From Setoptus koraiensis (taxonomy: Eukaryota; Animalia; Arthropoda), in NCBI GenBank assembly GCA_048013815.1, contig CM106585.1:16368001-16432000 (forward strand): a DNA stretch of 64,000 nt. Direction: 5' to 3'. A program made the position numbers and the translations under genes. The notes beneath the pieces are model-generated. The model saw nothing but the letters and a program-made list of their open reading frames with translations. It was not told where the DNA came from and ran no database searches. Positions 25,419 through 38,894 of the stretch are shown here, piece by piece; the first letter of the stretch is position 1; every line of letters begins with the position of its first letter.

Positions 25419-27170
25419 TCAATTCGAAGCAACGAACGCTTTCACAGTCTTCTCAATAATTTCGGCGCATTCCAATACTTGGTCGCGATTTATGATCAAT
25501 GGCGGTGCAAATCTTATCTTATCATCATGAGTTGGTTTAGCTAGCAAGCCGTTGTCTCGCAATTTCAAACATATCTGCCAGGCATCGTACTTGGCATCGA
25601 CCACAATGGCATTTAGTAAGCCTTTGCCCCGTACAATCGGCACCACTTTTTCCGGCAAGCGCTGGCGCAGCTCCTTTCGCAATAATTCGCCCATAATTTG
25701 TGCATTGTCGGCCAGTTTTTCTTCCTTGATGACCCGCAACGATTCTATCGCCACCTTAGCTGCCAGCGGGTTGCCTCCATAAGTGGACCCATGCTCACCC
25801 GGTTTGATCACTAACATGACGTCATTGTTGGCCAACACGGCCGACACAGGATACACGCCTCCACCTAGGGCCTTACCCAAGCAAACAATGTCCGGCTTAA
25901 CTTGCTCGTGATCGCTGGCCAGCCATTTACCCGTTCGGCCAAGTCCTGTCTGCACTTCATCCGAAATCCACAATATGTTGTATTGGGTGCACAATTCTCT
26001 GACTGCCTTCAGGTATCCTTCGTCGGGCACCACAACGCCCGCCTCGCCTTGAATAGGCTCCACCATGAAGGCGCAAATATCCTGACCAACTTGCTCAAAA
26101 ATAGTTCTAAGAGCCTCGATATCATTGTAGGGCACAAGGTCAAAGTTGGGCATAAATGGTCCAAAGCCCTCATATGAACTGGGATCAGTGGAGGATGATA
26201 TAGCGGCCAGTGTGCGACCCCAGAAGTTACCCTCAGCAAACACAATTCTGGCCTTATTTTTCGCGATCTTCTTGACTTCATAGCCCCACTTTCTGGCCAA
26301 TTTGCACGCGGTCTCGCCAGATTCTACGCCTGTGTTCATGGGCAGCACCTTGTCGTAGCCCAAGAGTTTCGTGATATATTCCTCATATTGACCCAACAAG
26401 TTGTTGTAGAAAGCTCTAGATGATAGAGTGAGTATTTGAGATTGCGAATGTAACGCTCTGACAATCCTTGGATGGCAATGTCCTTGATTAAGGGCCGAAT
26501 AAGCGGACAAAAAATCGAAATACTGTTTACCTTCGACATCCCACACATAGACTCCTTGTCCCCTGCAAAGGGCTACCGGCAGTGGATGATAGTTGTGGGC
26601 CCCAAAGCGCGACTCTCTATCGTAAATCTGGCTTGAGCTGACACTTTCGCTCGATTTGGGCTTTTCATCATTTCGTTGTTGTTGTTTGATTGTTGTTTGC
26701 AGATGTGCTTGTTGTTGATCTTGTTGTTGGCTTTTTTGTATGCTGCCGAATAGGTTATTGTTATTGCTTAGCGTGGACATTCTTCTAGGTGCGATCGGAT
26801 AAACAGCGTTGGTATAATAGTTAGTCGAGGGACAATTCAAATTAGCTAAATCGATTCTAGCCAAGTTCAGTTTGTCAATGGATGACGCTGAAATAGGTCG
26901 TATAGTCTGGTGACGGTGATATCGGTGGATAGATTGTTTGAGGGATGATGGCGATGATATTGTACCAGAATTCAATTGAACCGTTTTTAAAGATGACGTA
27001 AGACAACTTATACTCGAATCGAAATTGACAGATAGTGGCGGTACGACATTTAATACGACGGTTGCATTTTTACTACCATCATTCCTTATAGCTGACAGGT
27101 TGATGTTTTTCTTGCGGGTAACTTGCCTAGTCGCCAGTTGCAAAACAGGTCCAGTTGTACGACCGCCCAT
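25419..27170 (-). CDS. OAT: Ornithine aminotransferase with long N-terminal extension, intronless
   Basis: [54 protein letters not shown]-lysine LGKAL and [11 protein letters not shown]. Confidence 0.97.
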   Translation of the reverse strand: MGGRTTGPVLQLATRQVTRKKNINLSAIRNDGSKNATVVLNVVPPLSVNFDSSISCLTSSLKTVQLNSGTISSPSSLKQSIHRYHRHQTIRPISASSIDKLNLARIDLANLNCPSTNYYTNAVYPIAPRRMSTLSNNNNLFGSIQKSQQQDQQQAHLQTTIKQQQRNDEKPKSSESVSSSQIYDRESRFGAHNYHPLPVALCRGQGVYVWDVEGKQYFDFLSAYSALNQGHCHPRIVRALHSQSQILTLSSRAFYNNLLGQYEEYITKLLGYDKVLPMNTGVESGETACKLARKWGYEVKKIAKNKARIVFAEGNFWGRTLAAISSSTDPSSYEGFGPFMPNFDLVPYNDIEALRTIFEQVGQDICAFMVEPIQGEAGVVVPDEGYLKAVRELCTQYNILWISDEVQTGLGRTGKWLASDHEQVKPDIVCLGKALGGGVYPVSAVLANNDVMLVIKPGEHGSTYGGNPLAAKVAIESLRVIKEEKLADNAQIMGELLRKELRQRLPEKVVPIVRGKGLLNAIVVDAKYDAWQICLKLRDNGLLAKPTHDDKIRFAPPLIINRDQVLECAEIIEKTVKAFVASN

Positions 27171-28303
27171 CTTTATAAGTTTTTTTTATATTCTTATTTA
27201 AACTACAATAATTTTGATTGCGTCTAATCTAAATCGGTAGCTAGTCTTTTAGTGTCACGCACCCAACTCCGGCCTGGATTTGATCCTCTTCTTGTCGCGA
27301 TCAATTAAGATTCAATATGGCATAACGATTGACATCTGAATTGATACACAGATGCCACACGACTACGTCTTGGCAACTTAATGACAACTTTTACTTTATT
27401 TCCAGAGCCGTCACATAGAGACTATATCTACACACAGAACGATAGAGTCTATCGACCAGATTGATTGATAATTAGTCATATTCACAAATTTCCGCTGTAG
27501 CTGGACTCGATAGTAGAAAATAATTCTAAGCGACATTCAAATGACTAATCTATATTTGTCATCTTATTAATTGATGAAATAGTTAGCAACCACACTCTAA
27601 TAAGAAATAACAATCAAGCAAAACAATATATGAGATCTTATAATAATATAATCTTTTCACTCATCTAGAATCTTATCTGATACAAAGTGAGTGATTTAAT
27701 CATGGAGAACAAGAGATATCAAGGAATCAAGATTGCGAACAGTCTGGATAATTGTTTTCCTCTCTTGCTTAAAGATAAGATCGCTGGTCGATAAGCCGGA
27801 TGCATTTTCTATACATGTAATAATCGCATACAGATCATGCAATTAGGATTGTGACATTCATTCAAGCTCCTCATGCGCTAACTGAATGAATGTAAATAGT
27901 AATTCAACCAATATTCACAGTTATGCATTCATTCGCGGAGATGCAAATTGTACACAACACCATGATATCTTGTTGTGATCACGAAAAAGAACGTGATATT
28001 GATACTATCTCTTATTTTACCGGTCTATCGTTAAAATCCAACAAAGTGTATCATGTTCCGTTTTGCGGTGCAAAAGTAAATCAGATTAGTGATTGAAGTA
28101 ACACTAGGCCGCCAAAGCCAAGGGTTGGAGAACATTGATAACATAGACAAGATTTATCTGGCTTATTCGGCTATATATACCTAGATTTGATCATTGCTAT
28201 CTAGTGTTGGAATGAGAGCTTTAAAGAGAAAATATCCACTGATTATCTGGCATTATTCAACATTCGAAAAAAAGAACCGGAGACCCCAGAAATTATACAA
28301 ATC

Positions 28304-29627
28304 ATGAACAAAGCCGCTCAATTGATCAGCATACTAGTGCTGGCGGCAGTTTATTGTGGCGGCCAGCATCATCATATAGATTTGGCGGATAGTGATGATC
28401 TGAAAAGTCTGATTATTATTATGCGCCATGGAGATAGTAAGTAACCAATTCATGGTGCTTATTTCCAATTTCTCTAAATCTAATGTATACTGATCCCAAA
28501 TATTCACTCATATATGCCCGTGCATAGGGGCACCTGTACATGTAAAATCGAAAAATCCCAACAGTAAATTTGTGGCAGAATTATGGCCAGATGGTTTGGG
28601 AAGACTGACAAAGAGAGGCAAACAGAGAGCATACGTCCAAGGAATACTGACAAGAATGCGTTACGAAAAATTCTTGACTGAAAACCCTACTGAAATGTAT
28701 GCTCGAAGCTCTTTTATGGACAGATGTCTAGATAGCGCTGAGCTATCTTTGGCCGCTATGTATATTCCGCATCGCCCAAACAACGAATGGTCTACCCAGA
28801 TACACTGGCAACCTATACCAGTTTATACAATACCAGAAATCCTAGATACAGTTCTGGAGCCCTCCACTTCGTGTCCAGAGGTAAAAGCTGCAGAAAATGC
28901 TTTGGAGAATTCGGCTGGGGTGAAAAACTTGAGAGCTAGAATGAAACCCATTACAGATTTGGTAACACGCGATCTCGGTATAGAGTTTGAAAAATGGAAC
29001 AGCATAGGTTGGCTGACTTATGAATTGAGGCCCCAAGAAAAACAATTCTGTCCTAAGTGCACACTTCCCAATTGGTACAACTCAACAACAAAAGCATTGC
29101 TGGCCAACGCAACTGTAGAGTGCTGGAAATTACTCTCCTCTACACCATTATTGAAAGAAGCACAAGTTGGGCCACTATTGAAAGAGATTGTGAAACGCTT
29201 TGCGGATCCTGATTATAAGGACTCCGAGGATAATGTTTTGCCAAAGAAGGCTTTCCTCTATTCAGGGCACGACAAAGAGGTGGCTGGCTTACTGGTCGCT
29301 TTGGGTATCTACGATGACCAATTAATAGGTTACTCAGATACCATATATCTTGAATTGCATCGAGATAGCAAGTCAAATCAACAATATATAAGAGTATTCT
29401 ATTATCACAATGAGCAACAATCAGAGAAGAGGCTAACATCGATACAGGAATTGTTTCCCGATTGCAGTTCAGTTGCACAAAACGAACTAACTGAATCATT
29501 TATCCGTCTAGCCGATAACAAGAATAGATGCACTCTAGCTGGATTCAACGCTTTGGTGAGAAAAATCACGCAACATAATTACCGATCAATGTGTCTCAAT
29601 GGAACCAACTTTATCGAATCTATTTAG
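28304..29627 (+). CDS. Secreted/lysosomal-type histidine acid phosphatase: join(28304..28436,28528..29627)
   Basis: Signal peptide. GTAAGT..ATAG phase-1 intron splits the catalytic RHGDRAP motif. C-terminal SGHD motif present. Confidence 0.9.
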
Positions 29628-32600
29628 CGACCAGCAGGCATCACAAACGATTATATAATTATATGTATCGGGTTAGGAATTCGTCCTCCCGTTGTTTATG
29701 CGAGAATTGATTGGCAGAGTGCTGCTCTCAATATGATGATATTGGGGAGAAAAATAAAAAGACACTAGATATAATAGTGTAATTGGATTGGTGTTGACCG
29801 CAGAGAACTAAATATAGTCTACAACAGAGATAGCCACAAGCGATATTATGAGATTGATATTCTCGGCAAAGCTGCAATAGACAAAAGTGTTTCAAATTGA
29901 AACTTTCAATACACTAACGCAAATTTATCTGATAGCTGGCCTTTGCTGGATGTTTTTTTTCCAATTTAAGTTTTTATGTTCGCCGACGACCTTTACATAT
30001 TAACAACGACATTGATTAGCAGAAATAATCTGTAATTTCGGCTCAATAAGTAAGAGTGACCGGTCCAGAGATACGGCCTTAGTAGTCATGATAACAGTAG
30101 AAGTGGTCTCATCGCGGCGCATAAATTGGACGAGTTTTGATATATGCAGTTTTGTTTTACTTGCTTATCAGTTGCAACATCAATGATTGGTGGACCATCG
30201 AGAGATATTTGGAGAAATTCTCGATTACAAATGCACCTGTTGAATGCAGGGCTATGGCCATATTATAAACAACTTAGCGGCAGAAAGGGACAACGCCACG
30301 GTTGGAGTGACATGTGAATCAAAAGTCTTATCTCTATTTAGCCAGCGGCTTGTTATTATTATTATTTGAAATTATAGCATTTGCAATTATTCCAAAGCCG
30401 AAGAGACGACTGAACAAAAGTTATATTGGGCAATTCTACTTTTTGTCAACTGTCTCAAAAGCCTTGAGAGAAAAAAGAAAGCTGAAAAAAAAAATCGTTC
30501 GAATAAAAATAACCTTGGTCATTTTCCAACAATCTCCCTGCAGCATCCAAACAATCAGATACCTTCTAGAATACTGATTCTTTCACATTTCGGTTTGGCA
30601 AACAAATATTCGTATTCAGTGAGCAAGTGCGTCTGGAGAGAATGTGTCAAAAGAGATAAATGTTATTTCGCATAACTGTCCGTTCAAGAGCGAAGGAGTG
30701 AAGATGATGTGGTTCATAGACATCAGCATTTCGGCCATTGGTCAGACACTGAGACAGGTGTCGTGGACACCGGCAACGATACACTATACATTATATGTGT
30801 ATGAAGAGTCAAAGGTCCTTGACCAATTAGGATTGATCATCGTCATTCAGTATCAGTAGATACAACTTGCTGCTGAGCGAGAGTGTTATCTTTGTTACTG
30901 CTGTCGTTTTTTCGCCTGACCACCACCACCATCATTAATGCAGCAAGACTAAAAATAGTTTTCGTGAAATTTGCAATTGCACTTCAACCATGGTACATAA
31001 TTTGACCATCTAATTTGTCGGATCAACCATTCACTTCACTTGTCGCTAGCCATTGGCTGGATAATCACTGAGATATGGCAGTTGAAGTTGCAAAGCTTTC
31101 AATAATGGGTGCATAGACAGTACCAGTTTTGATAAAATGATTGCTGCTCATTCAAAAACATAGCTTTTTAGTTTTGGCATTGTTCGTCAAGTTTTTTAAG
31201 GCAGTTTTATGTGCTCGACCTTTGGTTGAAGATTATACACATGGATATGTTGAGCATGGAAGCATGAATTGGAGAGTGAGAGTGGTGTTGGTCTGAATCT
31301 GTCTGTAATAGGATTGTTCTAGCTGATGTGATAGGCTTGGAAATTTAAAAGCCATCGAGCGATAGCAGGCCGCATCAAGTTGATGTGAGCTTCTTTTAAA
31401 ATGAACACAAATTGTGGGTTCTTTCATCGCTACAAGTGTCTAATTATAGACACATTCTTCATTAGCGATGCTTTATGTTCTTGGGGCACTTCAAGGAGAA
31501 CTCCAATCACGGTGGACAAGGTAGTAAACTGGCAATTGCTGCTGATAACCTTGGCTCTTTTTTATTCGATCACATAGCGGTCTAATGGTCTTTCGAAGCT
31601 TTTTGCTCGCAATCACTTGCAAGACTGGCACAAGTGGAAATTTTTTTGATAGACATTCCTCCCATGATGACATCAGCATCAAGGTTGATGAATTTGAATA
31701 TAAGTGCCTCCAAGGATTATATTGATATTACAATCTTCTCGACAGCGATCGTTAAAATTGAGATAGAACGGCGCAAAAATTGTTTGAGATGAAATAGTAC
31801 AGATCTGCTTGCAGTGATTAGTTGCTTGCTGTACTTACTAGCAGGCAAGTTTCAATTGCGCTTAATTGAAGATGTTGATAACAATCGTATTGATCACAAA
31901 ATGATTGGAAATCGAGTCTGATTAGGAACAGTACTGAACATCAAGAGTTCCGCTCTTTTTCGATCTTTAACTAGGTTAAATTGTTATGGTCAGTTAACAA
32001 TTATTTCTCAAGAAAAAGCGACACGCTAGTACGCAAATGCTCAGACCAGGAGAGTAATCGGTGGTTGTAGTGGCTCAATGAGAATTGAACGAGATCATTA
32101 TCACTTAATTTTTTAATGATTGGCAATATTGATAATATTTTTCCCTTTGCCTCCTGAGGCTAGTTGATAATTTGTTCACTAATAGTTGCAACTTGCAAGG
32201 CTCTCTTCCTTCTCTCCGATGAAAGAGGCCGCGCAACAAAAGAAACGAATCAAAAGAAACAAATTTGTGCAGTGATAACTGATACTGCCAGTTGGTTATA
32301 GAGCCGGTTCACTGGTCATTCATTGCTAGCTATTGTCCAGTGATTTTAGCCTGTCTGTGATTGTTACACTATCGTTATATCGATCAATCACATATACACA
32401 CACATGCGAATGATAATGGAACAATAGTCATTCCCGTTAATAGGATAAAATGAGAGTTACATAAGAAGGAAAGAAAAAATGAGCGGCTCCCTCATCTCGT
32501 CGTTGACTGAAACTGTTCACAAGTATTGAAATGCGTTTGCAAAAATTTGGCTCACATTTATTATCCGACAATCCAGCCATTTCGAGAGAGAGAGAGACGG

Positions 32601-33783
32601 CCATTACATACTGCCAAAATAGCTAAATATAATCGTTGGCCTATGTGGGTGCATTTGTTACGACACAATGCACAGTAGTGGTATAATGTTCAATCAATCC
32701 TGACTCGACTAAAATGATTAATTAGTCGTGCCCTAAGACGAACGACTCTCTTACGAGTGGTCGTTATTGTTAGCAGGTGCATTAACGGGCCAGCAACAAA
32801 GTTTGATACAGTAACAATGGAAAGGCCGCACTCAGGTTACATAACCAGACCGTTTATTGAGCAACCAATTGCTGGTTGTTCAATTTCGCTTTCTGAAACG
32901 ATTCTCATACAGGTATTTGTATTTCATGAAGAATTAACCTTATATACCATTATAATGATGCTGCCGATACTTAATGATAGGATAGTGCATTAGCTATTGG
33001 ATGAACGTTACTCAACAATCAGTATTCAGCGTCTTCGACGTCGTCTCGCCATGTCTTACTTGGCGTAGATTGATTTTCGTATCGTTAATCTGCCCTAAAT
33101 TGAGTGCAGACAGTGTCCAACGAGCAAAAACCATCCCTCTTGCCACCACTACTATGCAATTTTGCGTTTGTCTGTCAAACTGGTCAGTTTATTTCTTTTT
33201 GTTTGTATTTATTGCAGTGTGAGAGTTGCTCTTGATTGTTATTAACAGCAACACCATGACCAGCGCTCATGCATAACAATAAACAAACCAACTAAGACCG
33301 ACTTAGTAGAGTGAAAAGAAATATCCAAGCGAAAGCGAAGATAGTCATTGTAATCTTTTGGCATCCGAAATGTTGATGATAAATGTAAGATAATGTGTAT
33401 CAATTTATGTTATGTGTCCATCGAGAAAAAGCTAAAACTTTTGGCAGACTGACCCGCTAGATGATTCAAAAAATTAAGTGAGCTAGCAGTGAAAGCAAGA
33501 GCAACTTGCTGCAGCAAACGAAAACTCAACCCTAGAATGGCCAACCTCCTCTGTTGTTCCAACTTGTACAAACGTTGCTGTTCGTTCACACACGAATAAA
33601 CATCTACTAAGACCACTACCACTTGTTGGACATTAAACTTGCCTCGACTGAAGTCTTGATCGTGATGTAACAAGCTAAAATTTGCTAGAGAGCTGGTCAG
33701 TGCATTGGCAAGTCTATAGATGCATACAAAACGTTGTTGTCGCCTTAAACCGCGCCTATCACTTGAAGGTATGTATATGAATA

Positions 33784-33789
<6 letters not shown>

Positions 33790-33816
<27 letters not shown>
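33790..33816. repeat. (AT)n microsatellite
   Basis: Direct read. Confidence 0.9.
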
Positions 33817-33822
<6 letters not shown>

Positions 33823-34185
33823 TGCATGTTATATATACATACATAAAAAGAGAGAGTATATTCTTCCCATTGGGTTGGTTTGTATCCATTCTTCTGGAAT
33901 ATAAGTACTAGCGGCAAATAGTTTTCGAAATCAATGGGCAAGATATAATTCAAAAATCAAGAGGATCGTAGCACTTTCATTTTATCGCAAGACGTTGCAA
34001 GAGGAGCACACACACAAAATAGTACACATGTTCTTTACGTGTTCTAGGAGCTATTTAGATTCATAACATAGCGGATTAATTCTCTAGTTAGTAGTACAAA
34101 GATAGAAGTAGTAGTCTATAATATCGACAATTACTAACAGCGTTATCATCATTGGAAATACGACCGAGCAGAGATTTTCATAACA

Positions 34186-37112
34186 ATGCATCCTCCAAAT
34201 AATTTTGTGATTTCCGCAATCACACTCTTGATTGCCAATGCAGGTAAGTCACTCAGCCACTTATTACATAACCAATAACAAAACCTTTGATGTGTTAACA
34301 AGAAGAGAGAGGTCCCATCCCGTCCCGACCAACATTTTCAGGGAAAGAAAAACGAGATTCAATTGACTAATAAATACTAATCACTTATTGTAATCATTCA
34401 AATCACAACATAAATTCTGTATCATCATCTATAACTTGATCACAAATGGAACCATTAATTATGCAATAATAAATAAATATGTATATGAGCAGTGGTCGCA
34501 CAACGTTCATCACCTCAATTTGGTTTCCCACCGCCCAGCTCAAATCAATTCAGCTCCGATGTATTCAGTAGCAACAGTCAAGATTTGGGCCTATCGCCAC
34601 CACCTACTCTTGTTAGCCTCGTAGGCCAACAACAGGGATCCTCTGTACAGCTTCAATCAGCATCTCAATCTCAGCAAGACCAACAATCGTCTTCTTCACA
34701 ATCACAGCAAGTGCCATCCTCACAATCGGTACAGCAGCAGCAACAATCTTCATCGCAACAACAACAACAGCCAACTATTCAATTGTCTAGGCCTTCTCTA
34801 TCATTGTCATCATTGAGTGGACAACAAGGAGGAATTATGTCCAGACAATCGTCGCAACAACAACCAGGCTCCTCATCGTCGTCGTCCTCCTCATCACAAT
34901 CGTCGCTAGTAGCCAACAATGTGTCGCCGCAGCAACATCAATCGGCTCGTCAACCATCACAATCTCATTCTCATCAATCACAATCGCACAGCCAATCGCA
35001 ATCGTCGCATAGAAGCCAACAAAATCATCCAGTTGTTGCGCAACCTGTCGTCCACAATCACCATAATCAACATCCATCAAATTTGCAACCATTGCAACAG
35101 ACTAGCCAATCTCTAAATAGAGATAATCCTGCTATTATTGAAGCAGCTCGTAAAGCCGAACAAACGGCCGCCTCATTGGCAGCTAGCTCTGGCCAGACCT
35201 ACCATTGTCCTGATTTATTTGGTTTCTTCCGTCATCACAAGAGCTGTGATAAATATTGGGCATGTGAAAATGGAACAGCAACGTTAAAATTGTGCGGTAA
35301 TGGTCTTAACTTTGATGACTCAGATCCGAAAAGAGAAAATTGTGCTTATCCTTTTTCAGTAGATTGTGGAGGTGACAGGACAGATTTAGGTAAGTTTTAC
35401 CGGGCACACATTCACCCATTTTCATTTTACCTTTCTTTGCTTAAATTTCACATTCGACATGCTCTGACATCGCCTTGATATACATAAATTGAGTAAATGA
35501 ATAACATGAATAGGGAAAGAATTGATTATCATTGCATAATCTCACTCTGTTTAAGCTGTATACTTACAATAGAGATGGTAATAATTTATTGCTCTCGACT
35601 GAAATTGAAGTTATCCAGTTAGTAAAACAAATCTTAGTAGTGGTCAAAGCTGGCTAAAGTATCTGGAGTGCACTCTCAGTGGAGAATGTGCTAGAGTTCA
35701 ATGCACCGCATCATACAATTAAGTTTAATTTCTAGATTGCCAGTAATCCGATGGTGCATCCACATGCTCCAACGACAACGACTAAATACATGAATGACTT
35801 ACACAATGACCGATAGGCAAATAAAGTGTTTAGAGAGCAATGATCTATATTCATGCCTATTCACTTAACTTATTCACTTTTCTTTATGCCATGGTTCTGA
35901 TGATGATCGTGTTGATTATAATGAAGATAATGCGATAATATTCAAGTATGAGCTGTGAATTAACATAGCGGGATCGTCGTCATTCTCTCAGACTAAACAC
36001 CATCCTAGTAACCTGATCAACTCCTGAGAACAAGTGTTAAAAAGGAAATTTGACTATTTGAAGTTGCTCATTCATCTCACGATGTTAACCTGATAATTCT
36101 TAGCTTGATGTTGGTTTGTACGAGAGCACACCAGTTGTAAGCAACAAGTTTTTTTATTCTGTTGTTATCACATGAGCATTACAACTAAATATTTACTCTT
36201 TCTCGATCCCTTGTCCGACTAAGAGCAACAAAGAGAATCAATTAATCTCCCACGATCACACTTTCACCATCACTGTTACATGTTTAAATATAGAAACAGA
36301 AAGAGTAAACTAACTGAACAACTATTCCTAAATATACTGTTGAAACTTCCTCCCTTCTTCTCATATAACTCAATCAGAACCACCTATATCAACGCCTCAT
36401 TGTCCACGTTTGTATGGTTTGTTTGCTGACACTGCAAACTGTAGAGTGTTCTACTCTTGCTGGAATGGAGAGGCCTCGAAATACGAATGTCCTCCAGGTT
36501 TAGCTTATGATAACGAGCAAAGAGTCTGTGTGTGGGCGGACCTAGTGGATCGATGCGACCAATCAGGTTAGTAGATTTGTTTTAAAGCCGAATAGTAGCA
36601 TTATTATTATGCAATTATCAATGCCTTGGAGTGCTTTTTTATATTCATGAAAAATTTGTTTGTTTATTCACGCTCATCTCTAAAACAACAGAGGTATCTG
36701 ACGGCTTTGTGTGTCCTGACCCTACCGAAGTTGACCAGCCAGGTCATTATACTAGACACGCACATCCAACAGATTGCAGGAAATTCTACGTTTGTATCGA
36801 GGGTGTCGCTAGGCCTTATGGATGTAGCTTCGGAACAGTCTTCAACGTAGATTCACTACAATGTGATGAGCCAGACAACGTTTCTGGGTGGTGAGTATCT
36901 TTAGCCCTGATGATCGAAGTGCTCTCCGAAATCTCTAGTTATTAATGTTTCTCCATCAACTTTCATTCTAACTATTCAGTGAGAAATACTACGGAGACAT
37001 CGACCCAAAGACAGCAAAGAAGCTAGCCAAAGAGAGCAGTCAAGGACAGTCACCAGTACATTCGACTAGCACTTCAACTAGCTCCAGATCATCATCGCAA
37101 GCACAACGTTGA
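34186..37112 (+). CDS. Gasp: Gasp/obstructor-C (CPAP3) with three chitin-binding type-2 domains: join(34186..34243,34493..35389,36378..36566,36692..36890,36980..37112)
   Basis: All four introns are GT..AG and phase-compatible. CDKYWACENG..LCGNGL, EPPISTPHCPRLYG, RHAHPTDCRKFYVCIEGVARPYGC and CEKYYGD match Drosophila Gasp. Confidence 0.9.
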
Positions 37113-37256
37113 TCTGTCTTAACTGCATTTTTGTTGAACCAACTTGTTACATCACGATGATTGACCTTCCATAAATCTTGAGAATGACTTTGCTTTGTTC
37201 TTTAAAATGAAAAAAACATTAATCAAGCATGTCATTCAAGATAAATTAGTATTGAG

Positions 37257-37356
37257 TATTCAATGGGAAGACAAAGAAGCAAAACAGGCATTCTTGTTTG
37301 GTCATATCAGTAGACTTAAAAGCATTCTGTGTAATTTAATATATACATAAATGAAA
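37257..37356 (+). repeat. Left copy of a 100-bp direct repeat bounding the duplicated block
   Basis: 97/100 identical to 48943-49042 (three G/A differences). Confidence 0.92.
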
Positions 37357-37410
37357 GAAAATGAAAATGAATTACATGTCATTTCAATCGTAGATACCCA
37401 AAGCAATTAT

Positions 37411-37806
37411 TTCATCGATTTTGCTACGTCTTATTGCTTGGTTGGCGTCATTTATATACTTGACCACCTCATTCTTTATAGGCACTTGAATTTGATGATT
37501 GTTTTCTTGCAATTGCTTGTGGAACTCTAATAAATATTCATAGCAGCTGTCAACATCCTCAGATGGACCCAAAATTGTAACTTCATTGCATTTCACCCCA
37601 GGTTCTGGAAACGTGATTGTGATTTGGTTAAATTTGTCTCTAATCTCCTTGATTTTTTCTCCTTTTCTGCCAATTATGAGGCCATGCAATTGTTGATCGA
37701 TAACTAACTTTTTGCTCGACTCAAACTTCTTAGCTATAATATTTATCTTTTCCTCAGCAATCGCTACAGCTTCCGCTGTATCTTCTATTGTAATAAATTC
37801 ACTCGA
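37411..37806 (-). pseudogene. 396-bp internal copy of vigilin (one KH domain)
   Basis: Matches 18383-18778 with 3 substitutions, same orientation. No ATG. Confidence 0.95.
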
Positions 37807-37814
37807 CTCAAAAG

Positions 37815-37931
37815 GCCCATGTTGCGTCTCATCAACAGCAAGCGATTTTTGTATTTGAAATTCGAGATGGATAACGAGCAAGAATTGAAACGCCAAAGTC
37901 GGGCAATTATTCTGTCATCAACAAGAGTCTA
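37815..37931 (+). pseudogene. Fragment X0 of the UPF1-like pseudo-helicase gene, cut by the gap
   Basis: Matches 43726 onward, shares the ATGTTG allele with X2, and carries a 7-nt deletion (GGCCACC). Confidence 0.9.
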
Positions 37932-38031
37932 NNNNNNNNNNNNNNNNNNNNNNNNNNNNNNNNNNNNNNNNNNNNNNNNNNNNNNNNNNNNNNNNNNNNN
38001 NNNNNNNNNNNNNNNNNNNNNNNNNNNNNNN
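37932..38031. other. Assembly gap (100 N)
   Basis: Direct read. Confidence 1.
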
Positions 38032-38785
38032 TTATTACAGCCCACTTGGCGTTCAGGTTCAATATTCTATTGATAGTCTCGAGGACTTGTCGCAATTTAC
38101 GTCTTTGAGCATCTTCGTTCTGAGTCACTTCAACCACGTCTAATTTTGATCCGCTATTGGGAGAGATACAACGAAAATCCGTTATTCAAATGATAGAGAC
38201 ATTTCGATAATTTTTCGTCTGATAATTCAACCCACCGAAAGCGTCATGCACTTACCTCAGTTTTTCAACTAGTTTACCCAAAACTTGACCATCATAAAGA
38301 TCTTGCTCTAGATTTTTCACGATGATCCGCTGATCGTTTAATTCATCATTAATCCAATTGACCAATGTAGTGACCAAATGGTTAAATTGTGGCGAATCTC
38401 TTGACGACTGATCAATCACCGCCCTGCTCTCGTTCTCGCCAAGCCCGTAATCGCCGCCGGCATCTATTATTCTGGGAACGATATTTCCATCTATGGCCTC
38501 TTTTCCTTCTTGTTCGACTTGTTCCACTGTCAGCTCAGCAACTGTATTATCGTCATGTAGCATTCGAGCAGAAAATTTGCACGATATTGAATGACATCGT
38601 TAATCACGATACTTGTTTTATAGTTTTTTGAGCAACTAAATTATCAGCCTATCTAGCGAGGTTCTATGGGACACAAAAATAGAGAGATAACAGTTGGAGA
38701 TATGTTGCTTACCTTCGCGTTGCTTCTTCTTGCGACCAAGTGTGCCAATGTAATCCAAGAATCCTCCAGATTCTTGTTTGTTCAT
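38032..38785 (-). pseudogene. Parvin copy P1: exons 1-2 and start of exon 3; rest hidden by the gap, so it may be complete
   Basis: Near-identical to 47866-48619 (offset 9834) with a few substitutions. Confidence 0.8.
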
Positions 38786-38894
38786 ATCTAAGCGCGGGTG
38801 CGACAACGATACAGGCGGCCCATGATGAGGTAGATTCTGTTGTTGTTGCTGTCTTTGAAACTCTTTACCATTGTATTGATACTGGCTAAGGTTA

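Noticed and set aside
30300-32000. Possible decayed gene (signal-like ORF at 30314 and scattered frames)
   Set aside because: No family could be recognised and no splice chain could be built; left unexplained.
37384-37896. 170-aa chimeric ORF (antisense X + vigilin KH) as a real gene
   Set aside because: TTG start, no ATG, N-terminus is antisense of X, and it lies adjacent to the assembly gap.
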